64,000 nucleotides of DNA from a virus. The notes under the pieces were generated by a model that saw only the letters and a program-made list of their open reading frames with translations, searched no databases and was not told the DNA's origin. The position numbers and the translations under genes were made by a program. Positions 18,560 to 27,284 of the stretch are shown here, in pieces (positions within the stretch are counted from its first letter, which is position 1; every line of letters begins with the position of its first letter). Location of the stretch: IMG/VR virus record IMGVR_UViG_3300034105_003474, positions 80,874 to 144,873 of that record. The stretch is one strand, 5' to 3'.

Positions 18560-19864
18560 ATGGCTGACTGGAATAAAATCTACGAGTATCTCCAACCGAA
18601 GGAATCTTTGTTCTGTCCTGAAGAGGCTTCTCTGACTCAAAAAGTTTTTTTGCGTAGTTATGCGTTGGAGGGTCTGTTTGGTGGGGCTGCTGGTGGGGGT
18701 AAAAGTAGCGCCTTGCTGATGGCGGCATTGCAATATGTTGATGTTCCGAACTACTCTGCGATTCTTTTCCGTCGTACCTACGCCGACTTGGCTTTGCCGG
18801 GTGCTTTGATGGATCGTTTCCGTAACTGGGTTATGTCCTATGAGGATGTCCATTGGAACGCGAACAGTTATGTGGCTACTTTCCCTTCTGGTGCCCGTGT
18901 TTCCTTCGGTTATCTCAATAATACGAACGATTATTTGAGATATAAGGGTTCGGAGTTTCAGTTCATAGGCATGGATGAGGTCACGGAAATCCGTGAAAGT
19001 GACTACAGGTATATGTTCTCCCGTTTGCGCCGTCCTGCTTCGGGTCCGCTTTCCAAGGTTCCGCTCAGAATGAGATCAGCATCCAACCCAGCCCCTAATT
19101 GGGTTAGGCAACGATTTATTGTTGAGGGTAAAAATGAGCAGAGATTTTTTGTTCCATCATTTTTAACAGATAACCCGGGTATTGACGCTGAGTCATACCG
19201 TCAGGCGCTTTCTGTCCTTGACCCTGTTGAGAGGCGACGCCTTGAGATGGGTGACTGGTGGGCGACCACTCTTGGAACATTGTTTGACAGAACCGACTTC
19301 CCAATAATTGACGGCTCAGATGTCCCCGAAATCACCTCCCAAGCCCGCGCTGTCAGGTATTGGGACTTGGCGGCGACCGAACCACACTCAGGTAATACTG
19401 ACCCCGACTGGACAGTTGGAACCCTTATGTTATTTGACCAAGGGATCTCCTACATCATGGATGTCCGTAAAGTTAGGGCTAAATCAGACAAGGTGGAAAC
19501 ACTGATTTCGCAGACCGCTCAGGAAGACGGGAAAACGGTAGCCATACGAATGGAGCAGGAACCGGGCTCCTCGGGGAAAGCACTAATTGACCAATATGCA
19601 CGATATGTAGTTCCGGGTTGGGACTTGCAAGGAATCCGCTCATCAGGCGACAAGGAGACAAGGGCAAGACCTTTCGCCGCCGCTGTCGCCAACGGCAATG
19701 TCCGTCTCGTAAGAGGGAAGTGGATCACAGACTGGTTGGACGAAATATCGTCTTTCCCAGAGGCTTGCACCCATGATGACCAAGTTGACTCCGCTGTCGG
19801 TGCTTTCACTTTTTTAACTGGTTTGGGGTTGCCTCAACGCAAGAGAGCCAGTATCATTGTGTGA
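18560..19864 (+). CDS. terL: Terminase large subunit
   Basis: Walker A GGAAGGGKS, Walker B FIGMDE, ASNP motif, RNase H-fold WDLAAT and HDDQVDS. Confidence 0.95.
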   Translation: MADWNKIYEYLQPKESLFCPEEASLTQKVFLRSYALEGLFGGAAGGGKSSALLMAALQYVDVPNYSAILFRRTYADLALPGALMDRFRNWVMSYEDVHWNANSYVATFPSGARVSFGYLNNTNDYLRYKGSEFQFIGMDEVTEIRESDYRYMFSRLRRPASGPLSKVPLRMRSASNPAPNWVRQRFIVEGKNEQRFFVPSFLTDNPGIDAESYRQALSVLDPVERRRLEMGDWWATTLGTLFDRTDFPIIDGSDVPEITSQARAVRYWDLAATEPHSGNTDPDWTVGTLMLFDQGISYIMDVRKVRAKSDKVETLISQTAQEDGKTVAIRMEQEPGSSGKALIDQYARYVVPGWDLQGIRSSGDKETRARPFAAAVANGNVRLVRGKWITDWLDEISSFPEACTHDDQVDSAVGAFTFLTGLGLPQRKRASIIV

Positions 19865-19900
19865 AATAAACATATACCACTATCGCCCAAAAGGGGAAAA

Positions 19901-20152
19901 ATGAAAAAGGCTTTTAAATCGCCAACAAAAACACAGTTACGGACTGCTACAAACCAAAGCAGAGAATTACTTTCTGAGTGGATTCGCACAACTAGAACTA
20001 AACAAAACTTAAGCCAAGAAGGATTAGCCGAAATTGCTGGTGTTGACCGCAAAACAATTAACCGAATTGAAAACGGTCATTTCTCACCGAGCATTGAAAC
20101 GCTAGTTCGTATCTCTTTGTCTCTTGACTCAAAAATCCCTTCCCTAGTATGA
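19901..20152 (+). CDS. XRE-family HTH regulator
   Basis: LSQEGLAEIAGVDRKTINRIENGHFSPSIETL. Confidence 0.9.
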   Translation: MKKAFKSPTKTQLRTATNQSRELLSEWIRTTRTKQNLSQEGLAEIAGVDRKTINRIENGHFSPSIETLVRISLSLDSKIPSLV

Positions 20153-20661
20153 CCGAAAACTCTTGGAATAGTTCTGAGCGCTTAGTCGCTCTCACGGAAT
20201 TTCGTAAGTCAATTATTGCCATCAGCGATAAGGCTTTGGAAAACTTGGAGCAAGATGACGAACAACTTTGGTGCGATACATTAGTTTTGCTGCATGCAAT
20301 TAAAGGTGACATTTCGTCAGTGTTTACACAGTATTCCAACCTGTTTTCCGACAAAATTGATGCTTCCGAACACTCCGCTTCAAACGGGCAAGTGATTGAA
20401 AAGAAGTCCGCGTTTGACCGCAAAGGCTGGAAGCATGAAGATATTGCATCAGAAGTGCTACGCAGGCTAGGAGATCTTTCCGTTGACATGGACACGGGTG
20501 AAGTCATTATGACCTCAGAAGAAATAGCATTGAAACTCTTGGAATATGTACAACCTTCATATTGGAGGGTTAAAGAACTATCCAAACTTGGCATTAACGC
20601 AGATCAATATTGCGAAGTTGGAGAACTAAAAACAAGCATCATCGTACGGAAGGAAAAATAA
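20149..20661 (+). CDS. Hypothetical protein
   Basis: 170-aa ORF, ATGA-coupled in the operon. Confidence 0.75.
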   Translation: MTENSWNSSERLVALTEFRKSIIAISDKALENLEQDDEQLWCDTLVLLHAIKGDISSVFTQYSNLFSDKIDASEHSASNGQVIEKKSAFDRKGWKHEDIASEVLRRLGDLSVDMDTGEVIMTSEEIALKLLEYVQPSYWRVKELSKLGINADQYCEVGELKTSIIVRKEK

Positions 20662-20662
20662 C

Positions 20663-21367
20663 ATGAGCGAGATTTACCAACAGTTAGCAGAATCTTTCCC
20701 GCCAGAGATGGTTCGCAGGTTGAACAAAGGTGGCACCAACCTGATTTATATTCCAATCAGTGAAGTAATTACGCGAATGAATAAAATCATTGGTGTTGAA
20801 AACTGGTCGTTCACTGTTAAGTCTTGGCAACAACTTGGGACATCTATCGTTGCTCATGTTTCTGTTCAGGCAACAATTGACGGTAAGACAATTACACGCG
20901 AAGGCGTTGGCGGACAGAAGATCAAGATGTCCAAGCAGGGTGATCCTGTTGACATCGGGGATGAAGTCAAGGGTGCTGTTTCCGATGCCCTCAAAAAGGC
21001 TGTTCAAACATTGGGTATTGGCTTATATCTTGCCCGTAGCGAAGAGGCTATGGAGATTGAGCAGGCTATTGACGCAAGCGTCTCTGCTTCTCCTGCCCCT
21101 CCTGCTCCTGTTGTTTCACCGAAATATGCGCAATTCAAATCATTGCTTGAAGCAAGTGAAGAGAATAAAGCAAAGATCAAAACATTTTGGTCAAACTATG
21201 GTGGCGGTCGTCCTGTTCCTAAGCCTTCAGAATTCACTGATGAGGAACTTGACACACTGATCACAGAATTGGTTTCCTACAGTTTTGCGGGTTCAACTCT
21301 TGTTGAAGCACCAGCAAAGAAAAAGGAAAAGGCTCCTGATATGCCACCGCGCAGAGACATTGACTGA
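20663..21367 (+). CDS. Rad52/Sak-like single-strand annealing protein
   Basis: YIPISEVITRMNKIIGVENWSF and KGAVSDALKKAVQTLGIGLYL motifs. Confidence 0.85.
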   Translation: MSEIYQQLAESFPPEMVRRLNKGGTNLIYIPISEVITRMNKIIGVENWSFTVKSWQQLGTSIVAHVSVQATIDGKTITREGVGGQKIKMSKQGDPVDIGDEVKGAVSDALKKAVQTLGIGLYLARSEEAMEIEQAIDASVSASPAPPAPVVSPKYAQFKSLLEASEENKAKIKTFWSNYGGGRPVPKPSEFTDEELDTLITELVSYSFAGSTLVEAPAKKKEKAPDMPPRRDID

Positions 21368-22133
21368 TGTGCTTAACGCTCCTGAATATCTCTCACCGAG
21401 TTCAATAGGGACTTTTCATCAGTGTCCTTTAAAATACAAGTTCTCTCGTATTGATGGACTGAAAGAACCCCCAACAGAACACACAATATTGGGGAACTAT
21501 GTTCACTCAATTTTGGAAGAGTTTTACCGTTTAGACGCAGGTCAAAGAACATTGCTGAACGCAAGAACTTTGTTTCGTTCAATTTGGGATGACTACGCTG
21601 AAGATGTAACCAAGATTTATCGTAATGATGCTCAAAGCATTAGCGAATTTAGGCTTCGTGCCCGCTACTGCATAGAGAACTTGATGAAGATGGAATCTCC
21701 TGAATTAATAGAGTTTGACGGAATTGAAACCGAACTCAACCATGAGGTCAAAGGTGTAAAGATCAAGGGTTTCATTGACCGTTGGGCTATTGGCGACGGC
21801 AAGATAAACATAGGTGACTATAAAACAGGAAAAGTCCCACAGCCAAGATTCAGGGACGACAAATTTGACCAATTATTAATTTATGCAATAATTTTGTCAG
21901 AAATTGAAGACAAGGAAATCGGAACTTTGGAGTTGCTGTACATTAAGGACAGCGTTAGACTCAAAAAGGATCCGACAAAAGAAGACATTAATAGAATTAC
22001 AGAAATGTTAGTTGAAACAAGAAATGCCATAGATGCAAGATGCGAAACTGAAGTTTTTGAAACCAAGGTTGGCGTGTTGTGTGGATGGTGCCACTTTAAA
22101 CCTATATGTCCTGCATGGAGCAAAAAAAAATAA
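21360..22133 (+). CDS. PD-(D/E)XK RecB/AddB-like exonuclease with 4-Cys (Fe-S) motif
   Basis: LSPSSI..QCP, GFIDR, GDYKTG, QLLIYA, CGWCHFKPIC. Start TTG 21360 or GTG 21369. Confidence 0.88.
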   Translation: MTDVLNAPEYLSPSSIGTFHQCPLKYKFSRIDGLKEPPTEHTILGNYVHSILEEFYRLDAGQRTLLNARTLFRSIWDDYAEDVTKIYRNDAQSISEFRLRARYCIENLMKMESPELIEFDGIETELNHEVKGVKIKGFIDRWAIGDGKINIGDYKTGKVPQPRFRDDKFDQLLIYAIILSEIEDKEIGTLELLYIKDSVRLKKDPTKEDINRITEMLVETRNAIDARCETEVFETKVGVLCGWCHFKPICPAWSKKK

Positions 22134-22652
22134 ATGAACGATGAAGCATTCGCCCGACTTGTCGCCGAAGATGTAAAAAACAAATCTTCTGATGCACAAA
22201 AGAAATATCTAGCACTTCCCGAAAACATCAAAAGATGGAAGAGGGCTTTAGAGTATTTGGCATCAAACCTTGATGATCAGATCACACAGATCAACAAATT
22301 TGAGGAAAGCAAACTCAAAGAATATGAGCAATTAGGTGATGAAGGTACAGCAATAATCGCTGAAACATCAGCAAACTTTGGTGCTCGTAAATCAAAAATT
22401 GAGCGATTCAATTTCTTTGTTCGGGCAAAACTTGATGAAGTAAGCCGTATGGATGCTCTTTCGCCTAACGGTGATATGTCTCAAAACACTGACGATTTCT
22501 ACCGCAGGGCGATACAAAAGTGGTGGTCGCTGATGGAGGAGTTTGAGATGGAGCCAACGAAAATTGATGAGGCTTTGTATGCCTCTTTGGATGGTCGTTG
22601 GGACTTTGAAGGGCTCACTGAAGATAACGCATTTGGCGACTTTGAAGATTAA
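22134..22652 (+). CDS. Hypothetical helical protein
   Basis: 172-aa ORF abutting both neighbours. Confidence 0.75.
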   Translation: MNDEAFARLVAEDVKNKSSDAQKKYLALPENIKRWKRALEYLASNLDDQITQINKFEESKLKEYEQLGDEGTAIIAETSANFGARKSKIERFNFFVRAKLDEVSRMDALSPNGDMSQNTDDFYRRAIQKWWSLMEEFEMEPTKIDEALYASLDGRWDFEGLTEDNAFGDFED

Positions 22653-22661
22653 ACAGCAACA

Positions 22662-23795
22662 GTGACACGGCAACGACTATTTCTTGATACCTCCTGCGTT
22701 GACGCGGCGAGGGAAAGATTGCGCCATGTTTACGACACCTTTGACACAGTCTGCTACCAGTTCTCTGGTGGCAAGGACAGCACTGCCATTATTCATCTTG
22801 CTAAAGAAATACATGAAGAGCGCAATCTTGGCAAAGTGAAAGTTATTTTCCGAGACGAAGAAATGGTGAGCCCAACCGTTATCAAGTTCGTTGAAAAGGT
22901 TCGCAACTATGACTGGGTTGACATGGAGTGGTACTGCCTGCCATCCGGTCAAGAGATTTGGGTTCTTGGCAGGCGCGAATACGTTTTGCTGTGGTCACCG
23001 CAACGGAAAGCAGATGGTCGTCTAGTTCGTGAGATGCCAGAGTGGGCTATTAGGGCTGAGCATTTTGGTTTGGATCCTTCTAAGCCATGTCCGAACCTTG
23101 TTGACTATTACACGATGCAGGGGAAAAAGGGCAGAACGGCGTTTGTTATGGGTGTTCGCGCCAACGAGTCAATGGTCAGATATAGATCATGTGTACAGAA
23201 ACTCCACGAAAATTACATTGTTTCTCCGTTTCTTCTTCAGAAATCTATTCCTCTTAAGTTTGCGAAAGTCATCTATGACTGGACGACTGAAGATGTGATG
23301 AAGTTCATTATTGAAGAACACAAAGCAGAGTATTGTGAATACTATGATTTGGCTGAATTAACTGGAAGTAATAGCCGTGTTGGTATTCCTTTGCACTCTG
23401 TTGCGATAAGAAGGATCGGCGATGTTGTTGCTACTGAGCCAGAGTTCTACGATCAGTTGGTTCGCTGTTTCCCGCAAATTGATGCACAGCGTCGGTATTG
23501 GGCTGATTTTGATATTGAGAACCTAATACTTAGTTATGCTTCTTTGGGTTGGGATGGTGTTTCTGATTGCATTGACGATCACATGCTTACTCCCGGTATG
23601 CGCTTGGATGCATTGAAGTTTGCTTCGGCTTTCCGCAAAAAGAGGGTTGTTGATCCTCACGGGTTTCCACTTGAGTATTTGATTAGAACTTTGCTTCTCA
23701 ACGAATTCCACCAGTCAACGCCTACACCTGTCGGACCAAAAACTAGGGCTCATACCATGAGGTTGAAGGCTATTGAGGCTGGCGAGGATTATTAA
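22662..23795 (+). CDS. PAPS-reductase-family protein (IbrA-like)
   Basis: PP-loop FSGGKDS, FRDEE, GVRANESMVR, IYDWTTEDV; followed by a ParB-like gene. Confidence 0.85.
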   Translation: MTRQRLFLDTSCVDAARERLRHVYDTFDTVCYQFSGGKDSTAIIHLAKEIHEERNLGKVKVIFRDEEMVSPTVIKFVEKVRNYDWVDMEWYCLPSGQEIWVLGRREYVLLWSPQRKADGRLVREMPEWAIRAEHFGLDPSKPCPNLVDYYTMQGKKGRTAFVMGVRANESMVRYRSCVQKLHENYIVSPFLLQKSIPLKFAKVIYDWTTEDVMKFIIEEHKAEYCEYYDLAELTGSNSRVGIPLHSVAIRRIGDVVATEPEFYDQLVRCFPQIDAQRRYWADFDIENLILSYASLGWDGVSDCIDDHMLTPGMRLDALKFASAFRKKRVVDPHGFPLEYLIRTLLLNEFHQSTPTPVGPKTRAHTMRLKAIEAGEDY

Positions 23796-23850
23796 ATAAT
23801 ATTTTTATTATCAGTATTTTTATTGAATAAAGAAAAGGCGGTTGGTGGGA

Positions 23851-24399
23851 ATGAAAATCACAAATGTGCAGAACAAGATTCTTACGATTCCCAAATGGGG
23901 CTCTACAAGCATTCTTAGACCAGAAAAAATGTTGCTTAAACTTTCCATGCTTGAACATGGGTGGATGCAACCGTTGGTCGTTCGGCTGTCAGACAACATG
24001 ATAATTGACGGCTATCAACGGTACATGATTTCTTTAGACGACGAAAAGTTCATAAAGAAACATGGGAGCATGATACCTGTCATCTTTCATGATGTTGACG
24101 AGATTGAAGCAATGGTTTTGCATATTCGTCTCAACAGGGCTCGTGGTTCAGTTAATTCTTATGGTTTGAGCAAATTGGTTAAACGGGTAGTCGCCTCCAA
24201 AAGATATGAGGAAAATGATTTATCTAATCTGTTTTTGATGCACGATGACGAAATTGATCTACTCATGTCGGATGGTCTGTTGAAGAAGAAAAATTGGAGC
24301 AAATACGAGTATTCTCGTGCTTGGGTTCCAATTGAGGTAGCAAAACCAGTTGCCGAAGGATCAGTAGTCATTGAGCGACCACCAAACGCAGATCGCTAG
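23851..24399 (+). CDS. ParB/Srx-like protein (IbrB-like)
   Basis: SMLEHGWMQPLVV, IIDGYQR, RLNRARG, C-terminal YSRAW. Confidence 0.85.
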   Translation: MKITNVQNKILTIPKWGSTSILRPEKMLLKLSMLEHGWMQPLVVRLSDNMIIDGYQRYMISLDDEKFIKKHGSMIPVIFHDVDEIEAMVLHIRLNRARGSVNSYGLSKLVKRVVASKRYEENDLSNLFLMHDDEIDLLMSDGLLKKKNWSKYEYSRAWVPIEVAKPVAEGSVVIERPPNADR

Positions 24400-24418
24400 A
24401 TATTGCCCCTTGTAGATA

Positions 24419-24429
24419 TGTGGTAAAAT
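24419..24429 (+). promoter_or_regulatory. Extended -10 promoter candidate (TG-G-TAAAAT) for the neck/tail operon
   Basis: Intergenic TGTGGTAAAAT, then AGGAG SD before 24459. Confidence 0.5.
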
Positions 24430-24458
24430 CCGAGTAGCCCTTTTTAGGAGATACTCTC

Positions 24459-24863
24459 ATGCCACGACCAAGAATGACGGAAGATGTTGAATTCCGTACA
24501 GATGTAGACACTGCTGGTGATGTTGTTCGTCGTGCGCGTTTTGTTAGGCGTCGTCGCCGACAAGGCGGTCGCAATGTGCCGGGGAACGCTCGCTATTATC
24601 GCCGTCGTCAGGCACAACTAAACGCCGCTCGCCGTCAACGACGTGGTGCAGTAGCGGGCGCAGGGAATGCGGCTCGCCGTGGTCGCGCCGCTGAGCGTAC
24701 TGCGAGGGGAGCAGGTCGCGCAGGTCGTAATGCAGGAAACTCAAGAGTAGTTACCCCTCGTTCAGCAACCCGTCGTGGTGGAATCCGTGGAGCATTGGCG
24801 CGAGTAGCAAGAGCAGCCGCTAACAGGCTTGAAAGACGCCGTACTCGTCGTCAACAACGATAA
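24459..24863 (+). CDS. Arg-rich protamine-like protein
   Basis: About 41 Arg in 134 aa, no Lys; good SD. Confidence 0.75.
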   Translation: MPRPRMTEDVEFRTDVDTAGDVVRRARFVRRRRRQGGRNVPGNARYYRRRQAQLNAARRQRRGAVAGAGNAARRGRAAERTARGAGRAGRNAGNSRVVTPRSATRRGGIRGALARVARAAANRLERRRTRRQQR

Positions 24864-24876
24864 TCGGAGGTGACCG

Positions 24877-25752
24877 ATGGCTTTAGTGACGGTTTCTGAT
24901 CTAAAGACTTATATGGATATAAGTTTTTCTAATAGGCAAGAAGATGCTGCACAATTTGTGATTGATGGTTTGCAGAGCGAACTTGAAACATATCTTCGCC
25001 GACCGATAGAGGTTGCGTCATTTACTGAGGATTATGTCCTTGAATCAGACCATGTTGGTCTTCCTATGGGTTCAACTATTTTTAATGATTTTTATCAGGC
25101 TTCAGATGTTGATCCTGTTGGGCTTATAACTTACGGAACTCCTCCACCAACGGTTTATTTTAATAATTCTCCTGTGGTTTCTGTGCAGAGAGTAACTCTC
25201 ACAAACATGTCTGAAAACAATCGTGTTCTTGGCGAAGCGATCAAAAGGTCTGCTTCTATTACTTCTGTGACGGTGGCTGGAACAACCGTCACTTACACGG
25301 CTTCCAACCATGGTTTTACTGTTGGGCAAAACATTGCGGTGTCTGGTTTGAGCACTTCTGCTTTGAACCTTGTATCAAATATTATTACATCCGTTGCTAC
25401 TAATACATTCACGGTTACTCAGAGCGGTCTGACTGCGGGAACATTCAACCAAACTGGCACTGTTGTCGCATCGGGTTTTGATTACACGGTAAGAAAATTC
25501 GGAATTGATTTCTATCTTGGTTTTGCAAATGACAAGATAACCGTCACCTACACTGCTGGTCTTACTGGCGGTGATACCCCAATGTTCAAACTTATGATAC
25601 TCCGAGCCGCTGCTCGTGAAGTCCAAAACATGCATGATGATGTTGTCGGTATCAAAGATTTGGGTGCTCGTGAAGTTGCATTAATGGAAACAGGATTCTT
25701 GGAAAAAGAATTGAATGCTGTTAAGCGTTGGCGCAGAAATAGGATCTCTTAA
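24877..25752 (+). CDS. Head-tail adaptor with an inserted beta module
   Basis: MALVTVSDLKTYMDI..LETYLRR and VTYTAG motifs typical of gp6/gp15-type adaptors; insert at ~25250-25470. Confidence 0.75.
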   Translation: MALVTVSDLKTYMDISFSNRQEDAAQFVIDGLQSELETYLRRPIEVASFTEDYVLESDHVGLPMGSTIFNDFYQASDVDPVGLITYGTPPPTVYFNNSPVVSVQRVTLTNMSENNRVLGEAIKRSASITSVTVAGTTVTYTASNHGFTVGQNIAVSGLSTSALNLVSNIITSVATNTFTVTQSGLTAGTFNQTGTVVASGFDYTVRKFGIDFYLGFANDKITVTYTAGLTGGDTPMFKLMILRAAAREVQNMHDDVVGIKDLGAREVALMETGFLEKELNAVKRWRRNRIS

Positions 25753-25755
25753 CCC

Positions 25756-26247
25756 ATGGCGTCTGATCTGAAAATCAAAATCACAATTGATGCCAGAGCA
25801 GCAATCAAGAGAATGAAAGACATGGAAAAACGTTCCACGGATTTCAAGCCAGTGTTTAGGTGGGCTAAAAGAGAACTTGGTTTAATGAATGGTCAAAACT
25901 TTGCTCAAAACGGTTTGCCTGTTGGAGGATGGTCACCTTTGAGTCCTAAGTATGCCGCGTGGAAAGCAACGAATTTTCCCGGTAGACCAGACATGGTGAG
26001 AAGCGGAAAACTTTTTAATTCTTTGCGCAATCTTAATGGTGGTGTGAATTCTATTGGTTTGAAGAAGGCAACTTTTGGTACTGATGTTGAATATGCCAAG
26101 TTTCATCAATATGGGACAACGAAGATGCCTAAACGAAAACTTGTTTATGAGCCTGCTGGTTTTGCTGAGCGTGTTGCTTTGCTTGCGGCAAGGCATGTTG
26201 CTGATGGCAAGTTGGGTGTTGGGGCTGGCGATTTGGCGTTTGAGTAA
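25756..26247 (+). CDS. Virion morphogenesis/neck protein (Mu gpG / P2 S-like)
   Basis: GWSPLSPKY, SGKLFNSL, FGTDVEYAKFHQYGTTKMPKR. Confidence 0.82.
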   Translation: MASDLKIKITIDARAAIKRMKDMEKRSTDFKPVFRWAKRELGLMNGQNFAQNGLPVGGWSPLSPKYAAWKATNFPGRPDMVRSGKLFNSLRNLNGGVNSIGLKKATFGTDVEYAKFHQYGTTKMPKRKLVYEPAGFAERVALLAARHVADGKLGVGAGDLAFE

Positions 26248-26256
26248 GGTGGACTT

Positions 26257-26868
26257 ATGACCGTACCTGTTACTGATTTGATGCATGGCGCACAATGGGC
26301 TAAGTACTATGTGAATAGATATTTGACTGCTGATCTTCCAAGCAGGATTAATCGTTACCGTTCTGGCTGGAACTTGGATTCCAACGAGTTGCCTACTCCT
26401 GAGTTCTTTTTAACTTATGAGCCGATTGCTTTGGATCACTGGCCGACAATTATCACGGTTTGTATATCTACTTCGCCTTTTGAGAGGATGATGCAGGGCA
26501 GTCAGGGTGACCCTCTTTATCGTGTTACATACAGTATGCGAACCTATATTTGGGCTAAAACTGAAGGTTCAGAGGCTGTTACATTGTTGCGAGATAGGTT
26601 GACAACGGTTCTGCGGTCAGCCCTCATGGACAGACCATGTCTCACACAGTACGACAGCGACACCGAAGCCGACATTTATATTGACGAATCCTCGCTCAGG
26701 GAAGAATTCTCTGACCTAACCCTCATAAAAGGTGACCGTGTATTAGCGGGAGCATATTTAGGGTATGATTTAGTACTTAACGAAGTTATTTACCGTGATC
26801 AAATTGCGGCAATAACTGGATACGACATTGAAAATTACAACATGCGCAGTACAACGGAGACTTTTTAA
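26257..26868 (+). CDS. Probable tail terminator/completion protein
   Basis: Position between neck and sheath genes; size. Confidence 0.55.
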   Translation: MTVPVTDLMHGAQWAKYYVNRYLTADLPSRINRYRSGWNLDSNELPTPEFFLTYEPIALDHWPTIITVCISTSPFERMMQGSQGDPLYRVTYSMRTYIWAKTEGSEAVTLLRDRLTTVLRSALMDRPCLTQYDSDTEADIYIDESSLREEFSDLTLIKGDRVLAGAYLGYDLVLNEVIYRDQIAAITGYDIENYNMRSTTETF

Positions 26869-26871
26869 TCT

Positions 26872-27231
26872 ATGGAACCAATTTACGACATCCAAGGCAA
26901 AGCAGGTCTTCTGCGGGTTTGGAATGCAACTAAAGGTTACCTTGAAGTAACCGAAGAAGGCTACCTGCTTCAGGGAGAAACAAGTGCATGGATTGAGGAA
27001 ACAGACGCAGTAGTTGACTTGATCAAAGAAGGACTTCTCGTCGTCGTTGGAGGACAAGAAAGCCCAAGCGTTCAAGAGGCTAGCGAAAATCCAAAAAAAA
27101 AGAAGTCATCCACCATCAGCCAATCGCCTACAGAAGTAGAAGATCTTCCTGCTGTGGATGAGCCAGAAAATAAAAAAGAAGCAGAAGAACCAACCAGTCC
27201 AAATAATGATGTTTCTGTTGAGACAGTTTAA
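26872..27231 (+). CDS. Small hypothetical protein before the sheath
   Basis: 119-aa ORF with acidic tail. Confidence 0.7.
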   Translation: MEPIYDIQGKAGLLRVWNATKGYLEVTEEGYLLQGETSAWIEETDAVVDLIKEGLLVVVGGQESPSVQEASENPKKKKSSTISQSPTEVEDLPAVDEPENKKEAEEPTSPNNDVSVETV

Positions 27232-27284
27232 TTAATGTATACTCGTTTTACGGAAATTTCTTCAACTCAAATGGAGGGTGCTAG

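Noticed and set aside
21360-22133. Cas4-like nuclease as part of a CRISPR system
   Set aside because: No cas1/cas2 and no repeat-spacer array seen; its position beside a Sak-like SSAP fits phage recombination.
22662-23795. Complete Dnd/Ssp phosphorothioation system or sulfate-assimilation cysH
   Set aside because: No cysteine desulfurase, DndD/E, Ssp or cys genes; length and ParB partner fit the IbrAB type.
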